DNA from: Thermoplasmata archaeon
Lineage (GTDB): Archaea; Thermoplasmatota; Thermoplasmata; Lutacidiplasmatales; UBA184
Reading direction: 5' to 3'
NCBI GenBank assembly: GCA_022750125.1
Contig: JAKIWH010000002.1
Coordinates: 1-51,977 of the forward strand
Length of the DNA stretch: 51,977 nucleotides
Shown here: positions 49,281-51,977 of the stretch, in pieces
How the letters are laid out: every line of letters starts with the position of its first letter
Position numbering within the stretch: the first letter of the stretch is position 1
Notes under the pieces: model-generated
Told to the model about the DNA's origin: nothing
Database searches by the model: none
The model's input: the letters and a program-made list of their open reading frames with translations, nothing else
Position numbers and translations under genes: made by a program

Positions 49281-50783
49281 ATGCGCTGGACGGAGACAGG
49301 TTCGCGAGCCGACCTGGAACATGCCGAGCTTCCCCTCGCGCGGGCTGAATGGCCGAAGGCGACGCGGGCAGGCATCGGATCGGAGGTCGACCTCGAGGAA
49401 CCCACCCCCCTGCACCGCCCGGCGCATCTTCCCAACGCGGCAGCTTCCGGTTCGAGGCTGCTGATCCTCCCGACGCTGAACGAGGAGGAGGGTCTCGGGC
49501 TCACCCTCGCGGAGTTTGCCTCGACCCGGTTCGTACCCGAGGCATCGCGACCGGTGATCCTCGTCGTCGACGGACACTCGACCGACGGCACCGGGGAGGT
49601 GGCGCGGAGCCACGGCGTGCGCCTCCTGCTCCAGGATGGTCGGGGCAAGGGCTCGGCGGTCCGGGAAGGCCTTTCGTGGGCGCTCCGGAACGGCTTCCAG
49701 ACGGTGGCCGTCATGGATGCCGACGCCACGTATCCGGCCGGGGCGCTCCCCGCGCTCTTTGACCTGTTGGAGGCGCACCAGGACGTCGTTATCGGGGTCC
49801 GAAAGGCCCCCCCGCTCGAGCGAGCGAGCCTCCGGGACCTTGTCCACCGTGTGGGCAACGGGCTCCTGAACTACGCCGCCGCGCAGCTGAGCGGCAAGTC
49901 CCTGCTCGATGTGTGCAGCGGGTTCTGGGGGGTTCGGGTCTCGACCCTCGACCGACTTGCGCTGTGCTCGGACGGATTCGAGATCGAGTCGGAGCTCTTC
50001 ATCAAGTCGTTTCGGCGGGGACTCAGGGTCGCTCAGATACCGGTTCAGTACGGTTCCCGCGCTGGGACCGCCAAGCTGCGCGCGTTCCGGGACGGCTCCC
50101 GGATCCTGCTCTCGATCTTCCGGCAGTCGGTGCGCCAACCCCGTCGACCGACGCCGCAGTCCGCCCGGGATTTCACGGCCGACCCGCTCGCCCTCGTCCT
50201 CGGTCTCGGTCCGGAACGCGTGCTGCTGTTGAGCGCGCCGGAGCGGGTCTCGGACGCCGACCGCATCGCCGACAGGATCGCGACCGCCTCCCCTTCGGCC
50301 GAGGTGACCACGGCGCTCCTGCCGGAGGGGGCCCGCGACTCGTTCGACGGACACCTCCTCTCGGCGCTGGTCGCCCCGTCGGTAGGGGAGGCGGCGCCCA
50401 CGGTCGTGACGTTCCTGCCGTCCTCCGGTAACGGCTACGACCTTCCGGTCTTCGTCGGGATCCCCCGCACGCAGCGGCTGCTCTGCCTCGCCCCGAGGTC
50501 GGATCGACGCGTGCACGGCGAGCCGGCCGAACTCGCCGCGCGCATGGGGTTCCGCAACGAGCGGACCCCCTCGGGGCGGCTCGGCGCGTGGTTCGTCCTC
50601 GCAGCGATTCTCGAGCGGTCGGGGACCCATCGGGAGCTCGCGCTCCTGAAGGCGAACGCCGGCGACGCCCCTATGCAGAGCTTCCGCAAGCCGTCCCCGC
50701 TGACGCTCCCCGGCGCGGGACGTTGGTCCCGCGTGACCGTCCCGTACACGTGGCTCACCGAGGCCGCCCACCGCCTGAGGTGA
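49281..50783 (+). CDS. Family 2 glycosyltransferase (dolichyl/polyprenyl-phosphate hexose synthase-like) with a ~200-aa C-terminal extension
   Basis: The GT-A/GT2 core is LLILPTLNEEEGL, VVDGHSTDGT, GKG.A...G, VMDADATYP (DxD) and GFEIESEL. Residues from about 300 to 500 have no recognisable motif and no TM segment. Confidence 0.85.
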   Translation: MRWTETGSRADLEHAELPLARAEWPKATRAGIGSEVDLEEPTPLHRPAHLPNAAASGSRLLILPTLNEEEGLGLTLAEFASTRFVPEASRPVILVVDGHSTDGTGEVARSHGVRLLLQDGRGKGSAVREGLSWALRNGFQTVAVMDADATYPAGALPALFDLLEAHQDVVIGVRKAPPLERASLRDLVHRVGNGLLNYAAAQLSGKSLLDVCSGFWGVRVSTLDRLALCSDGFEIESELFIKSFRRGLRVAQIPVQYGSRAGTAKLRAFRDGSRILLSIFRQSVRQPRRPTPQSARDFTADPLALVLGLGPERVLLLSAPERVSDADRIADRIATASPSAEVTTALLPEGARDSFDGHLLSALVAPSVGEAAPTVVTFLPSSGNGYDLPVFVGIPRTQRLLCLAPRSDRRVHGEPAELAARMGFRNERTPSGRLGAWFVLAAILERSGTHRELALLKANAGDAPMQSFRKPSPLTLPGAGRWSRVTVPYTWLTEAAHRLR

Positions 50784-50875
50784 GCGTCGTTGGGTCCACC
50801 GATCTCCCGAACCCCGTCGTGGGTCCGCCGCCCGACGTAGGGGGGCGTCCGTGACACCGGGAGGGGGAGCCGATC

Positions 50876-51977
50876 TTGGCCCGGGAGGAGGGGGCCGAGA
50901 CACCCCGGGCCTCGGGGCCGAGGGAGCCCGTCGGGTCGGAGTCCGGAGGGAGCGACCTGAGCTCCTTCGAGTCGCTCGGCCGGGGGACGGGGGTGCTCCT
51001 CCTCGGCACGACCTTGCTGTTCGTCTTTGGCTTCCTCTCCCGGGTCCTCATCGCACGAGAGTTCCCCGTCGCCGATTGGGGCGTCTTCTCGCTCGCGCTG
51101 GCGTTGAGCGGGCTCCTCTCGGTCGTTGGGTTGCTCGGTCTCGACCAGGCCCTCGCCCGCGCCCTTGCCTTCGAGGTGCGACCCGAGGTGCGCTGGGCGA
51201 TCGTCCGGTATGCGGTCTCGGTCTCGACGGGGGTCGCGGTCGCGATCTCCGCGACGCTCCTCCTCCTGAGCGGACCGACCGCCGGGCTCTTCCACCTACG
51301 GGCGGAGACCTGGGTCTTTCAGCTGTTCGCGATCGCGACCGGGTTCAATCTCCTCAGCCTGGTCCTCGCCGCCATCTTCCAGGGATTCGAGGACGCGCGA
51401 CCGAACGCGATCTACAACCAGATCGTGAACCCGGCGCTCTTCGTGGTGTTTGTGGCCATCGCGGCGGGGCTGCGTCTCGGCTTCGTCGCCGTGGTGGCGG
51501 GTTATCTCGCCGCGTCGGCGCTGAGCTTCCTTCTCCTCGCGGCCCACTCGGTGCGCCGTCGACAGACCCACCGGCCCGCGGGACCGGTGCCGCCGGCGCC
51601 CCGCGGCGAGCTCTGGCGTCTCTCGGCCTCCCTCTGGGGCGTCGGGACCCTTGCCTACGCGACCGCGTTCGCCGATACGGTGATCCTGGGGGTGTTCCGC
51701 CCGGCGGCCGACGTGGGCGCCTACGCGGCGCTGATGGTCCTCGGTCGCGTGCTCCTGGTCGCGAACGGTACGCTGACGTACATCTACCTCCCGATCGCCT
51801 CGCGGCTCACCCGACAGCGCGCGTTCTCTACGATCCGCTCCACCTACCTCGTCGGGACCCGGTGGGTGCTCCTCGTCGTGACCCCCGGCTTCCTGCTGTT
51901 GCTGCTGCTGCCGCGGCTCTCGTTGACCGCCGTCTTCGGCGCGAACTACGCCGCCGGTGCCGTGCCGCTGCAGATCC
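50876..51977 (+). CDS. Polysaccharide/oligosaccharide flippase (Wzx-like, MOP superfamily), 3' end beyond the window
   Basis: It is not in the ORF track because it has no stop inside the window. The frame is open from the TGA at 50852-50854 to the window end, and TTG at 50876 is the first start. The translation (..LGRGTGVLLLGTTLLFVFGFLSRVLIAREFPVADWGVFSLALAL... and ...VILGVFRPAADVGAYAA...) has at least 9 hydrophobic segments and the typical Wzx N-terminal pattern. Confidence 0.8.
   Translation, partial: MAREEGAETPRASGPREPVGSESGGSDLSSFESLGRGTGVLLLGTTLLFVFGFLSRVLIAREFPVADWGVFSLALALSGLLSVVGLLGLDQALARALAFEVRPEVRWAIVRYAVSVSTGVAVAISATLLLLSGPTAGLFHLRAETWVFQLFAIATGFNLLSLVLAAIFQGFEDARPNAIYNQIVNPALFVVFVAIAAGLRLGFVAVVAGYLAASALSFLLLAAHSVRRRQTHRPAGPVPPAPRGELWRLSASLWGVGTLAYATAFADTVILGVFRPAADVGAYAALMVLGRVLLVANGTLTYIYLPIASRLTRQRAFSTIRSTYLVGTRWVLLVVTPGFLLLLLLPRLSLTAVFGANYAAGAVPLQI

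Noticed and set aside
1-51977. I searched for CRISPR arrays, rRNA genes, transposases/IS elements, toxin-antitoxin pairs and known defence systems.
   Set aside because: I saw no regularly spaced direct repeats, no rRNA-like conserved blocks and no DDE or serine-recombinase motifs. No small paired ORFs of TA type or defence-type ATPase/nuclease genes were seen either. The search was by eye only and is therefore not exhaustive.

Overview
This is a high-GC archaeal chromosomal segment, roughly 70% GC judged by eye and not computed. Archaeal origin is supported by a thermosome, aIF2-beta, deoxyhypusine synthase, Pus10, the L21e-RpoF-DUF655-KsgA gene string, XerA and a pilin-like protein with a class III signal peptide. 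AT-rich TATA-like boxes also sit about 26-35 nt upstream of many start codons, so most genes look leaderless. Gene content fits a Thermoplasmata-like euryarchaeon, but that is only an inference. From 1 to 32.4 kb the window is tightly packed housekeeping: MetRS, ThyX, XerA, a tRNA-thiolation PP-loop ATPase, Pus10 and ribosomal/RNAP genes, thermosome, class II LysRS, an ABC exporter chained to ValRS, aIF2-beta, a presenilin-like protease and DHS. A few membrane or secreted proteins are interspersed. To the right of tRNA-Lys (32395-32468) the content changes to cell-surface and glycan functions. These are a giant phosphoesterase-PKD surface protein, ATP sulfurylase, two alkaline-phosphatase-superfamily enzymes and two tandem ~850-aa polytopic membrane paralogs (one frameshifted). 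A secreted glycoprotein-like protein, a GT2 enzyme and a Wzx-like flippase running off the right edge complete the region. Three genes are absent from the ORF track: a tRNA-Cys truncated by the left edge, tRNA-Lys, and the open-ended flippase. Many of the longest track ORFs are Arg/Pro/Gly-rich antisense shadows of real genes and were rejected. I saw no CRISPR array, rRNA, transposase or recognisable defence system. The best candidate for an undescribed system is the 39-52 kb island. It combines a lipid-sugar synthase, a flippase, duplicated uncharacterised GT-C-like membrane proteins and a translationally coupled sulfatase-fold enzyme that lacks the formylglycine motif. All functional calls rest on motif recognition by eye; no database search was possible.
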